A stretch of DNA of 64,000 nucleotides from an uncultured Verrucomicrobiae bacterium. GTDB lineage: Bacteria; Verrucomicrobiota; Verrucomicrobiia; Limisphaerales; Palsa-1400. The notes under the pieces were generated by a model. The model saw only the letters and a list, made by a program, of their open reading frames with translations. It ran no database searches and was not told the DNA's origin. Shown here piece by piece: positions 10,561-19,936 of the stretch. A program made the translations under genes and the position numbers. Numbering within the stretch: position 1 is the first letter of the stretch; each line of letters opens with the position of its first letter. The stretch covers positions 448,001-512,000 of the forward strand of contig CAVPOM010000006.1 of the NCBI GenBank assembly GCA_963707025.1. Reading direction: 5' to 3'.

Positions 10561-11886
10561 TCACCGAAGAACATGTCGTGGATTGCTGCAAGTCGGTTTC
10601 TCGCCAAGGGAGCCTAACGTGTACTCACCCCCATCAGGACAGATCGGCAGAACAAATCCTTCACCACCATGGCCAAAGTAGGGCAACAAATCCTTCCACG
10701 TTGGCGTGTCGGTGACTTGTTTTCCAGCTTCCAGCCCCCATTGTGCTTTGGCCGAGTTAATGGCCCGGAGATTCATGATGCACAAATCCACCCTCCTGTT
10801 CTCGTTGGGGATCACCCCGGAAAGATCGCCCAGGCCGGCCGCGGACGACGCGCTTTGCCTGTTCCGGTTACCGAGTGCCGCCATGCGTTGATTGAGCGCC
10901 TGAATTTCCTGCCGCGCTTTGGCCAGTTCGTTCGTCTGTCCGCGTAATTGCGATACTTCATTGCGCAATCGCGCCAAGTCGCGCACTTGCGCCTGCGAGA
11001 GCGCCCCGCCGCCGGCATTGGCCGCCTCTTGCGCAGCGCGCGCCAGTTGCTCCTGCAATGGCGCGACCTGCGCCACCTGTTGCTCCAACGCAGCAGTCTG
11101 CTGGTGCAATCCTTTGATGGTTTGGTGCTGCACAGCATCTGTCGCCACAGCGGCGACTGCGACGGCACTGACGATTGCGATTTTTATTTTAGTCATGGTC
11201 ATAAAGTTTAAGAGCGTGGCGGTGGCGCCGCCGGCGGCCCCGCCGGCGAGGGCAGTCCCGGCGACGGTGGCCGCCAGACCGAGCGGGGCCGCCGACACGA
11301 ACCCGGCGGCCAGCGCGGTGCCGAGGGCCGCGGCGGAAAAGGCCACGCCGCGATTTTTCAGCAGCACCTGCAATTTGTCCAAGGCGCGGTTGACTCTCAT
11401 GCGGGCGGCGTCCTCATTGCTGCCCAGCGCTTCCCCCACGGCGCGAAATTCAAGCTGCTCAAAAAAGCGCAGCAGGATGGCCGTGCGGTCATCCGGTTCC
11501 AATTGGTTGATCGCTTCATCCAAAATCGGCCCCACCAACGCAAGGTTGGCCGCCGTGTGATCCTCCGGGTTATTCATGGCCACAGCCTGCCTTTCTCTGA
11601 AATGACGCCGCCGTTCGCCTCGCATGATGGTTCCGGCTGCGAAACAAGTGTCGCGATGCAGCCATCCCCCGATCATGACTTGCGGGGGCAGGGTGCGGGC
11701 CTTGCGGGCCAGGTTCACAAACACAGTTTGGGTAATATCCTCCGCCAAATGGGTATCGCCATTGACTAGCCGGAGCGCGGTTGAATGAACGGAGTTGATG
11801 TAACGCGCGACCAGATCCCGAAAGGCTGATTCCGAGCCGTTCTTCACATAATCGGCGAGCAATTGCTGGCTCTCATCCATCTTCAT
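10561..11886 (-). CDS. ECF sigma-70 factor with long C-terminal extension (TM, coiled coil, pilin-like head)
   Basis: Region 2 (AEDITQTVF, GWLHR) and region 4 (ILLRFFEQ...AARMRVNRAL); TM at KIAIVSAVAVAAV; Cys-containing C-terminal domain. Confidence 0.88.
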   Translation of the reverse strand: MKMDESQQLLADYVKNGSESAFRDLVARYINSVHSTALRLVNGDTHLAEDITQTVFVNLARKARTLPPQVMIGGWLHRDTCFAAGTIMRGERRRHFRERQAVAMNNPEDHTAANLALVGPILDEAINQLEPDDRTAILLRFFEQLEFRAVGEALGSNEDAARMRVNRALDKLQVLLKNRGVAFSAAALGTALAAGFVSAAPLGLAATVAGTALAGGAAGGATATLLNFMTMTKIKIAIVSAVAVAAVATDAVQHQTIKGLHQQTAALEQQVAQVAPLQEQLARAAQEAANAGGGALSQAQVRDLARLRNEVSQLRGQTNELAKARQEIQALNQRMAALGNRNRQSASSAAGLGDLSGVIPNENRRVDLCIMNLRAINSAKAQWGLEAGKQVTDTPTWKDLLPYFGHGGEGFVLPICPDGGEYTLGSLGEKPTCSNPRHVLR

Positions 11887-11937
11887 CTACTATATAAAGG
11901 CCGCCCAGCCCAAATTCCGAACAATTATCTTTGTATC

Positions 11938-12058
11938 GAGAGCTCTGCAAAACGCGCGTCCACGATTGGAGCGGCGGTCTGTGACCGCCGCAAACCAGGG
12001 GAAATAAACGCATGGCGACGGTCATAGACCGCCGCTACAGGCGTTTTGCAACGGTCTC
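11938..12058. mobile_element. 121-bp MITE-like element, copy 2
   Basis: TIRs GAGAGCTCTGCAAAACGC / GCGTTTTGCAACGGTCTC flanked by a perfect 6-bp direct repeat TGTATC (11932-11937, 12059-12064). Confidence 0.85.
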
Positions 12059-12170
12059 TGTATCCGGTTGGAAGCCGGGGAGGCCCGGATCACAACTTCA
12101 ATTTCCCTTGCCAGCGAGGCAAAGCAAGCCCATTTATGGCTGTGTTTCAACTTCATTGGAAGGCAACCGG

Positions 12171-13211
12171 ATGCGTGTGGCGGTAACAGGTGCTTTTGGC
12201 TATTCCGGCCGCTACGTGGCTAGGCGGTTGCTCGAAGCGGGCCATCAGGTCATCACCCTGACCAACTCCTTGCATCGCCCCAATCCTTTCGGCGATCAGG
12301 TGCGGGCGTTTCCCTTGCAGTTTGACCAGCCCAATGGTCTCACCGATTCTTTGCGCGGATCGGACGTGCTCATTAACACCTATTGGGTCCGGTTTGATCA
12401 CCGGCTCTTTACCCACAAGCAGGCGGTCGCCAACACCAAAGTTTTGTTCCAAGCCGCCAAAGACGCCGCGGTCAGGCGCATTGTGCATGTCAGCATCACC
12501 AACCCGGACCTGCGCTCCGATCTGTCCTATTTCCGCGGCAAGGCCGAACTGGAAACGGCTTTGACTTCCGTCGGTCTTTCTTTCTGCATTCTGCGCCCGG
12601 CGGTTTTGTTCGGGAAAGAGGACGTGCTCATCAATAACATCGCCTGGTCACTGCGCCGCTTTCCCATTTTCGCCGTGTTCGGCGCTGGACAATACAAACT
12701 CCAGCCCATTTATGTGGACGACCTGGCCGGCGCTGCCGTCGCCAAGGCGGCCGGTGACCAAAATGAGATCATCAACGCCATCGGACCGGAAACCTTCACC
12801 TATCGCGAACTGGTCGGGACGGTGCAACGATCACTGGGGTTGAAGCGGTTGGTGCTGAGCGTTCCGCCGGAGCTGGGCTACTGGGCCGGCCGGGCCATCG
12901 GTTGGATGGTTCGCGATGTCGTCATCACAAGGCAGGAGATACGCGGGTTGATGGAAGGCCGGCTGGCGGTGGACGCGCCCCCATTGGGCGCGACCAAACT
13001 GACCGATTGGATCCAGCGCCACCGCGACACTCTGGGCCGCCATTACACCAGTGAAATGGCCCGCCGGGTGGACCGCTTTTCCGAGTACCCGCTCGAATTG
13101 ATTTTCCCGATGCCAACTCCAGCCGGCCTTGGCCTCGCCGAGGCGTCCGGGCGGCGGTCCGTTGCGCCGCTCGACGCGGCGCGGACAGCGCGGCGTGCTG
13201 TCCCTGCCTGA
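12171..13211 (+). CDS. NAD(P)-dependent epimerase/dehydratase (NDUFA9-like SDR); true stop possibly 13101
   Basis: VAVTGAFGYSG Rossmann motif, YFRGK, LRPAVLFG, QPIYVDDLA. Confidence 0.85.
   Translation: MRVAVTGAFGYSGRYVARRLLEAGHQVITLTNSLHRPNPFGDQVRAFPLQFDQPNGLTDSLRGSDVLINTYWVRFDHRLFTHKQAVANTKVLFQAAKDAAVRRIVHVSITNPDLRSDLSYFRGKAELETALTSVGLSFCILRPAVLFGKEDVLINNIAWSLRRFPIFAVFGAGQYKLQPIYVDDLAGAAVAKAAGDQNEIINAIGPETFTYRELVGTVQRSLGLKRLVLSVPPELGYWAGRAIGWMVRDVVITRQEIRGLMEGRLAVDAPPLGATKLTDWIQRHRDTLGRHYTSEMARRVDRFSEYPLELIFPMPTPAGLGLAEASGRRSVAPLDAARTARRAVPA
13164..13208 (-). repeat. REP-like tandem hairpins
   Basis: GCGCCGC-TCGAC-GCGGCGC and GGACAGC-GCGGCGT-GCTGTCC followed by CTGCC (GGCAG on minus strand, GTAG-like foot). 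Confidence 0.45.
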
Positions 13212-13370
13212 ATAGTTACGGCCCATTGGCGCGGAGTCATCCCTCCGGCCATGTAATAAGAAAGCTAACATCAAATGTCAACGCCTCTTATACTTGCGCG
13301 CCGCGGTCGCAAATCGCCCCCGCCCGGCACTTATCATTGACGATGCGAATTCATCTGAACAGGACATGGC

Positions 13371-13934
13371 ATGGACTTAACTGACAAAGAATACGTCGAG
13401 CGCTGTCGCGACGGCCATCCGGAGGACTTCGGTTTGCTGGTGGATCGCTACCAGAAATCGGTCTTCGCTTATGTGGCCTCGCGCGTGGGAAACTTCCCGC
13501 AAGCGGAGGAAGCGGCCCAGGAATCCTTCGTGAGAGCTTTTCTCTCCTTGGGCAAGCTGCGCAAGCCGGAGTCCTTTTACTCCTGGCTTCTGGGCATCGC
13601 GAGTCGGGTGGCCAAGGAACAATTCCGCGCCGAGCTGCATCGCCGGCGGGATTGCCAGGCCGCCGAGACGATGATGACCAGCGCCACCGGGCCCGCCGAA
13701 GATTATCCGTTGGAAGAAGCCCTGGCCGTCCTGCCGGAAAACCATCGCCAGGTGATCCTGCTGCGTTATTACGAGGGGCTTTCCTGTCAGGAAGTGGCCA
13801 CACGCCTCGCCATGCCGCTGGGCACCGTCACCAAAACCCTCTCGCGCGCTTATCTCCTGCTTCGCCACGAACTCGAAGCCCGGGATTTCCGCGAAAACGG
13901 GGAACAAATAGTCAACCAGAAAGAACAACCATGA
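13371..13934 (+). CDS. ECF RNA polymerase sigma factor
   Basis: AEEAAQESFVRAF, FYSWLLGIA, ILLRYYEGLSCQEVA...GTVTKTLSRA. Confidence 0.92.
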   Translation: MDLTDKEYVERCRDGHPEDFGLLVDRYQKSVFAYVASRVGNFPQAEEAAQESFVRAFLSLGKLRKPESFYSWLLGIASRVAKEQFRAELHRRRDCQAAETMMTSATGPAEDYPLEEALAVLPENHRQVILLRYYEGLSCQEVATRLAMPLGTVTKTLSRAYLLLRHELEARDFRENGEQIVNQKEQP

Positions 13935-15256
13935 ACTGCGCCGATTGCCGGGACAATATTATCGCCTCCGTGGAAGGGTTGCTCGACCACGACCAATCGC
14001 TCCAATGCCGGGCACACCTGGAATCCTGTCCTCAGTGCCGGGCCGAATACGAAGCCATGTCGGGTCTGCAAGGCCGCCTGCTCGCGCGCGGCCAGGCCGC
14101 CGCCGGGGTGCGCCTGGTCGAACCGGTCATGCGGCGCGTTCGTGCCGAACAGTTCAAACCAGAAAGAGAAACACTTATGAGCAAATTATTGCAACATCGT
14201 TGGGGATTCGGCTTGGGCGCCACCGCGGGCGCGGCCGCCATTTTGGCAGTCATCCTTTTCTCCATGCCCAAGGCGCAAGCCCAGGCCCTGGCCGTCATGA
14301 CCAAAGGCGCCCAGGCCGTCGCCAAACTCACCAGCATTCACCTGCGCGGCCAGCTCCGCACCGCACCGCAGGATAACTTTTCCGCCATCATGCCCGATCA
14401 GGACTTTGTCACCATCGAACTGTGGAAGCAGTTCGAGCCGGACCTCAAGTGGCGCGTGGAGAAGCCGGGACGTGTCGCCGTCATGGACGGCCAGTCCACC
14501 CTGCTTTTCATCAAACCTGACTTTGGCTACAAAGTGCCGCAACCCAGCGCCAGCGCGTTCGACACGCAATGGTTGCACGAGTTGGCCAACCTCAACAAGA
14601 CCCTCGAAACCGAGCTCGCCGCCATCAAAGCCCGCGGCTGGACCATCACCCTCGCCCAGGAGCAAGGCGCTGACGGCAAGGCCAAATCCGTCATCAGCGT
14701 CGAAGCCAAGTCGGTTATTGGGGCGGGCGATTATTTGCATAACAAGTTCTTCTCCACCGCCGACACCCGCCACGTTTACGTGTTCGACGATCAGTCCGAA
14801 CTTTTGGAATCGGTGCAAATCTACCTGCACGCCCCCGCCGGCGAGCAACTGGTTTTTAAGCTCGATGAAATTGACTGCAACCCGACGATTGACCCCGCCG
14901 TCTTTCAACTGCAATTGCCCGCCAACCTCAGCATGGGCGGCGCCATGCCCATCCTGCCGGACAACGAGAAATACGCCGCCATGACTTCCGAGCAGGCCGC
15001 CCGCGCCTTGTTCGACACTTGCGCCCGCGAGGATTGGACGGAGGCGGCAAAATTCTTCAATCCCCTGACCGACAGCATGAAGCAGTATCTCGGCGGTCTC
15101 CAGATCGTCAGCATCGGCACGCACACCACCCTCTCCAATGGCGCGGAGATCGTGCCTTATGAAATCACCCTCAAAGGCGGCCAGGCCAAAAAATGGAATC
15201 TGGCGCTCAAACGCGACCCCACCACCCGCCGTTGGTTTGTAGATGGCGGCATTTGA
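13931..15256 (+). CDS. Zinc-finger (zf-HC2) anti-sigma factor with TM and periplasmic LolA-like region
   Basis: MNCADC...HLESCPQC ZAS motif, TM helix, ATGA coupling to the sigma gene. Confidence 0.8.
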   Translation: MNCADCRDNIIASVEGLLDHDQSLQCRAHLESCPQCRAEYEAMSGLQGRLLARGQAAAGVRLVEPVMRRVRAEQFKPERETLMSKLLQHRWGFGLGATAGAAAILAVILFSMPKAQAQALAVMTKGAQAVAKLTSIHLRGQLRTAPQDNFSAIMPDQDFVTIELWKQFEPDLKWRVEKPGRVAVMDGQSTLLFIKPDFGYKVPQPSASAFDTQWLHELANLNKTLETELAAIKARGWTITLAQEQGADGKAKSVISVEAKSVIGAGDYLHNKFFSTADTRHVYVFDDQSELLESVQIYLHAPAGEQLVFKLDEIDCNPTIDPAVFQLQLPANLSMGGAMPILPDNEKYAAMTSEQAARALFDTCAREDWTEAAKFFNPLTDSMKQYLGGLQIVSIGTHTTLSNGAEIVPYEITLKGGQAKKWNLALKRDPTTRRWFVDGGI

Positions 15257-15384
15257 ACGCCTTGGCGCACGAATCGTCAAACCCATCAAAATCGCAACGG
15301 AACTCGCAAGGGTTCTGTTGCTTTGTCGTAACGCGTGAGTCTTGGCCTGGCAGGGCGGGTCCCAAATTATCGGGACCCGCCGCG

Positions 15385-15429
15385 CGCGCTTCTTCTCCCT
15401 CTCCTCGGAGGAGAGGGCTGGGGTGAGGA
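15385..15429. repeat. CCCTCTCC...GGAGAGGG palindromic repeat, copy 1
   Basis: CGCGCTTCTTCTCCCTCTCCTCGGAGGAGAGGGCTGGGGTGAGGA; related copy at 17996-18052. Confidence 0.75.
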
Positions 15430-15472
15430 CGAGCTTTCTTATCTCCGCGTAGCGCTGATTCCACCTGCTCGA

Positions 15473-17918
15473 TCACCGCGGCGAATTCGTCCCCCTCCCT
15501 GCCGCCGCCTGGGCCGCCTTCAATTCCGCCTCGCGCACCTCCACTTCGGCTTGGGCCACCGCCACATCCGGACCAGAAACAAACCCTGCCCGTGCCTGTT
15601 GCGAAAGGAGCCGCCAGGTGCGCTGCGCCGCCGCCAGCCTCACTTGCGCAACCTTCACGTCGTCCCCATCCAATTCCGCCTTCAAAATCTCCACCTTGGC
15701 CTGCGCCGCATCGAGGTCGGTCGGGGAACCCAGACCCGCGTTGTACAACGTTTTCTGCTGGGCGGCTTCCAACTCCGCCTGGTGGATTTTGGCACGAATG
15801 ACATCCCGGTTGCGCTCCATCGCCAGTCCCCCGGCGGCGGGCGCAACCAAAACGTTGCTTGCGGCCGGCTGCGCCGCCGGCATTTGCTTGATCTTTGGTT
15901 GGCTCTCCTCCCGGTACAGGTACCAATCCCCTGCCGAACTTCCCGCGGCCGGTGCCGCTTGCACCATCTTTCCTTTGCTCTCTTCCATCGCTTCGGACTT
16001 GGTTCCAAAATAGAGCGCCGCGAACTGCCTGCCATCGGCAGACATGGACACATAAGGCAACCCGGGTGCCAGGTGGGGATGAATTAATTTAAAGTCGCCC
16101 CGCCCGCCGGATATCCGCATCCGCTGCAGCGGGCTTGGTAAAACCTCACTATTTGTCGGAGTATTTGTCAGATCAATGCCAAGTGCCAGCATGGCGCTGC
16201 TGGCGCTGACCAGATTGTAATGGCCTTCGACCACCAATCGGTCCTGCGTTCGGACCGCCATCGTGATGTCAATCGAATCGCCTTCGGGAAACCAACTCTT
16301 GCCGATATAATCCGAGTTCACCCACGGACTCCCTCTGAAGAAGTTGAAATGGATGGCCGTCGCCAGCATGCACACGAAGGCCGCGGCCGCCAGCACCCGG
16401 TAGAACTGGAAATCCCGGCCGCGGAAACGGAAAAACAATTCCACCGATGCCACAATCCCAAAAATGAAAAAACCCAGACTATAATAATGCATAAACTCGC
16501 TCCCCATCGGATAACCGAAATGACCCGAGAGCATGAGCAGAAACCAGGAGCCGATCAGTATCAGCGCCGTCCAATTTATCACCCGGCCGAAACGGGTGGC
16601 CTGGCTTTTCCCTGGCGGTCGGGGCGCCTTGCTGGAGACGCCGCGCCACTCCTTTTTCCAGCGAGCGGACATACACCTCATACAGCGTCAAATTCGCCTT
16701 GCGCAGCCGGAAAAACTGGTCCACCGCGCTCACCGCCCCCAAAAAAAGCATGCCGATGCTGAAATAAAGCGGCGCCTTGCTGTCGGGATGGCCCAGATAA
16801 TCCAAAGGAACGCGCAGCAACCAGTAGCTGAGAAATCCGCCCGCGGCCAGAACCACTAGGTTAAAAAAGATTTCCGCCGCCAGCTCGAGGATCTTGCTGA
16901 AACGAGTGGCGGGTAATCGGATGATGGATGGCGCGGGCGCGCCCGGATTTTCCGAGGGAGCCGAGGCCCCTCCGCCGCCACCGGGCGTGGTCGCAATCGT
17001 CTCCACCCGCGTTTTGACTTCGCTGACCTGCTGATAGCGCCGCTCCGGCTCCTTTTCCAGCGCGTGCAACACCACTTCGTCCAGCCGCACGTCCACCTGG
17101 ACTTTGTGCGACGGCGGCTGAAATTTTCCCAGGGGCAATTCGCCCGTCAGCATTTCGTAAAAGACCACGCCCAGCGAAAAAATGTCCGCCCGATGGTCCA
17201 CCAGGGCCGCATGTTCAATTTGTTCCGGCGCCATGTAATGCGGCGTGCCCACCACGTCCTTGGCCCCGGTCAGCGATACCTTGCCCGAGGCCTGCCCGAG
17301 GATCTTGGCGATGCCGAAGTCGGCGATTTTCACCCGCCCTTTCTTGTCCAGCAGGATGTTCTCCGGTTTGATGTCCCGATGGACGATGCCTTCGTTGTGC
17401 GCGAATTGCAGCGCATCGCAAATCTGCGGCACGATGGCCAGGGCTTGTTCGGGCGCCAGCCGTCCCGCCTGCTCCACCTGGCGCAGATTGGCCCCATCCA
17501 CAAATTCCATGATCAGATAGTGCAGTCCGCCGGCTTGTCCAAAATCATGCACCGCCACGATGTTCGGATGCACCAGCCGGGCCAGCGCGCGCGCTTCGCG
17601 GTTGAACCGCTCGGCAAATCCCGCCGCCCCCGCCGCGCGCGGCGGCAGGATTTTCAGCGCCACCAACCGGTCCAGCCCCGCTTGCCGCGCTTGATAGACC
17701 GCCCCCATGCCGCCCTGGCCAATCAACCCGATGATTTCCAGTTGCGGAAAAAGTTTCGCGATTTGCGCCACTGGCGGAGGAAGGAAGCCCGCGCCTTCTC
17801 CCCCCGCGTCGCTTCCGGTCTTGACCCCGGCCTGGATCAGGCATTCCGGGCACAATCCCAACGGCGTCTCGGGCGGCAGCGGTTTCCGGCAGCCGGGGCA
17901 AATTGGTTTCGCATCCAT
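15473..17918 (-). CDS. Membrane-anchored Ser/Thr protein kinase, apparently frameshifted near 16610 (ORFs 16479-17936 and 15473-16681)
   Basis: GQGGMGAVY, VALK, HRDIKPEN, DFG, APE motifs; N-terminal CxxC...CxxC; the second ORF continues with TM helices and OEP/TolC-like helical repeats and has no convincing start of its own. Confidence 0.8.
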
Positions 17919-17995
17919 AAAAATGTTTCCTTCCACCCTTTACTTGGGAAACGGCCGGGCAAGGTTGCGCAAAAAAATCGAAAATAACCGGCCCG

Positions 17996-18052
17996 GCGCG
18001 CTTCTTCTCCCTCTCCTCCACACTCTTGTGGAGGAGAGGGCCGGGGTGAGGA
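17996..18052. repeat. CCCTCTCC...GGAGAGGG palindromic repeat, copy 2
   Basis: Same flanks as copy 1 with a longer stem CCCTCTCCTCCACA-CTCT-TGTGGAGGAGAGGG. Confidence 0.75.
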
Positions 18053-18093
18053 GGCTTCACACGCTCTCATCCTGCCTTTCCCGCGCCAAATAA

Positions 18094-18873
18094 TCACCCG
18101 GTTTTGCCCAGCACGGCAAACAGATGCCGCAACTCCTCATCCACTTCACCCGGCGCGGCCACCGTCTGGGCGATTTCAGCCCGCAGCAACTTCCGGTAGC
18201 GCCGGCGCAACCGATGCACCGCCGATTTCACCCCGCTTTCGCTCAAGGCCAGCTTGCCGGCCAGTTGCGCGTAAGGCAGCGAGGCGCGCTCCCCCACCAG
18301 GCATGGATTTATTTCCGAAAACAATCCGGCGTTTCCTTCCTGCTCGTATTCCTTCCGCAGCCGTTTGACCACTTCCTCCAGCAGCGTCAGGACCCAGCGT
18401 TTTTCGAAACTTTCTTCCGGCGTGACCTGATCGGCAGGTTTACGGCTCAATCGTGATTCCGCCGCATCGAATGGCAGCGGGAGCAGCGGCGCGCCGCCAC
18501 CGCGCTTTTGGGCGCGCGCCTTGTCCCATTCGCCGGCCATGAACCGTTTCATGGCCGTGAGAAGAAAGGACCGAAACCGGCCCTTCGACCGGTCCGCCCT
18601 TCCCACCCAATCATGCGCCAATAAGCGGGCGAAAAATTCCTGCGTGAGATCCTGGGCGTCTTCCCGCGAATGGCCCCGTCCGCGCGCGTAGGCGTAAAGC
18701 GGATACCAATACGTCTGGCAAAGTTGGGCCAGGGCGTTTTGCGCGCGGGTGCCGTCGTGATCTCCAGCCGAGAGCACCAGGGACCAATGGGTGGTGACAA
18801 AAACGCCGCCGCGCCCGGCGTCGCCTGATGGTGATGCGGTGGAAGGATCAGTCGTGGCGCCGCTGCTGCTCAC
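18094..18873 (-). CDS. ECF sigma factor of the Ser/Thr-kinase-associated type
   Basis: FVTTHWSLV, YWYPLYAY, DAQDLTQEFF, GRFRSFLL, VKSAVHRLRRRY; lies directly upstream of the kinase. Confidence 0.88.
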   Translation of the reverse strand: MSSSGATTDPSTASPSGDAGRGGVFVTTHWSLVLSAGDHDGTRAQNALAQLCQTYWYPLYAYARGRGHSREDAQDLTQEFFARLLAHDWVGRADRSKGRFRSFLLTAMKRFMAGEWDKARAQKRGGGAPLLPLPFDAAESRLSRKPADQVTPEESFEKRWVLTLLEEVVKRLRKEYEQEGNAGLFSEINPCLVGERASLPYAQLAGKLALSESGVKSAVHRLRRRYRKLLRAEIAQTVAAPGEVDEELRHLFAVLGKTG

Positions 18874-18879
18874 ACCCTG

Positions 18880-18907
18880 ACTTTAGCCATCACCCCAAAA
18901 TAAGCAA
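18880..18907 (-). promoter_or_regulatory. Putative sigma70 promoter, leaderless
   Basis: TTGCTT-16nt-TAAAGT followed 6 nt later by GTG 18873. Confidence 0.45.
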
Positions 18908-18973
18908 CCACAGAAGCCCTATGGCCCCCCGCTCGCGGCGCGCCTCGACACCGCCCCAAGAACATGGGCGGGC

Positions 18974-19000
18974 GGTGTAGCGTCGAGCCTGTGGCTTGAC
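18974..19000 (+). repeat. GTAG-type REP sequence (family 2)
   Basis: GGTGTAGCGTCGAGCCTGTGGCTTGAC; matches the reverse complement of 48545-48571 at 25/27. Confidence 0.7.
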
Positions 19001-19031
19001 ACTATTCCCAATTGCCATTGGCCCGCCCTCC

Positions 19032-19910
19032 TCAAAGCGTCAGCCCCGACTTCGGTTTCTCCGAAACCGCCCGCCTTTTGTACTTGTCAGAAGTTTCGCG
19101 CAAGACCGCCGCTTCCTCCGGCGTCAGGCTCTGTAGGCCTTTTTCCGAAATCTTCGCCAGGATGGCGTCAATCTGCCCCTCCGTTCGCTGGTGCTCCGGC
19201 AGTGCGGATGGCCTGGGCTTTTTGGCCATCCTGGGAAAGGGCAGGCGGCCCGCCGGCAGGAACAGCGGATTCCTGGCCAGATACAGGAAGAGCAAAATCG
19301 TCCCAATCGAGATCGCGGCAAAAAGCCGCGGGCTGGCCGTGATGATGGAGGGATGCAACCCCGCCGCCGTGTATAATCCCACCAGCGCGCCCCCCAAATG
19401 AGCGTCGTGCCCCACATGGCCGATCTGGTTTTTCATCATATAAATGGAAGCGCCCAGATAAAGGATGGCGAACAACCAGCCTGGAATGTAAATCGGTATC
19501 GGGATGAGTCCAATGCGGATCCCTGGAAACAGAAAAATGCACGCCAGCACGATGCCCGACACCCCGCCCGAAGCCCCATAGGCCCGGTAATCATGGTGCC
19601 GGTGCAGCAGCAGCGAGAGCAAGCTCCCTCCCACAATGGCGGCGAAATAAATGACCAGAAACTCCAGCCCGCCGTAACTCAATTCGATCCTCGGCCCGAA
19701 GAAATACAAACTGAGCATGTTCATCCCCAAATGGTACCCGTTGGCGTGCAAAAACCCCGAGGTCAAAAGCCGGTAATACTGCCGCCTTCCCAGGATGGCC
19801 TCCGGCCAAAAAATGTATTTCTCCTCAAAACCCGCGCTGCGGAATCCCGCGTAGGAGAAACCGCAGGTGAACAGAATCACCAGCCAGTTGCAGAGGGCGA
19901 TGCCTTCCAT
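19032..19910 (-). CDS. Rhomboid family intramembrane serine protease with short C-terminal soluble domain
   Basis: GFLHANGYHLGMNM, GASG catalytic Ser, AHLGG catalytic His; C-terminal IDAILAKISEKGLQSLT. Confidence 0.9.
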   Translation of the reverse strand: MEGIALCNWLVILFTCGFSYAGFRSAGFEEKYIFWPEAILGRRQYYRLLTSGFLHANGYHLGMNMLSLYFFGPRIELSYGGLEFLVIYFAAIVGGSLLSLLLHRHHDYRAYGASGGVSGIVLACIFLFPGIRIGLIPIPIYIPGWLFAILYLGASIYMMKNQIGHVGHDAHLGGALVGLYTAAGLHPSIITASPRLFAAISIGTILLFLYLARNPLFLPAGRLPFPRMAKKPRPSALPEHQRTEGQIDAILAKISEKGLQSLTPEEAAVLRETSDKYKRRAVSEKPKSGLTL

Positions 19911-19936
19911 GTCAACAAGATTGCGTGCGGCGCTGG

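Noticed and set aside
12012..12170. N-terminal extension of the epimerase
   Set aside because: Begins inside the MITE; the Rossmann motif places the start at 12171
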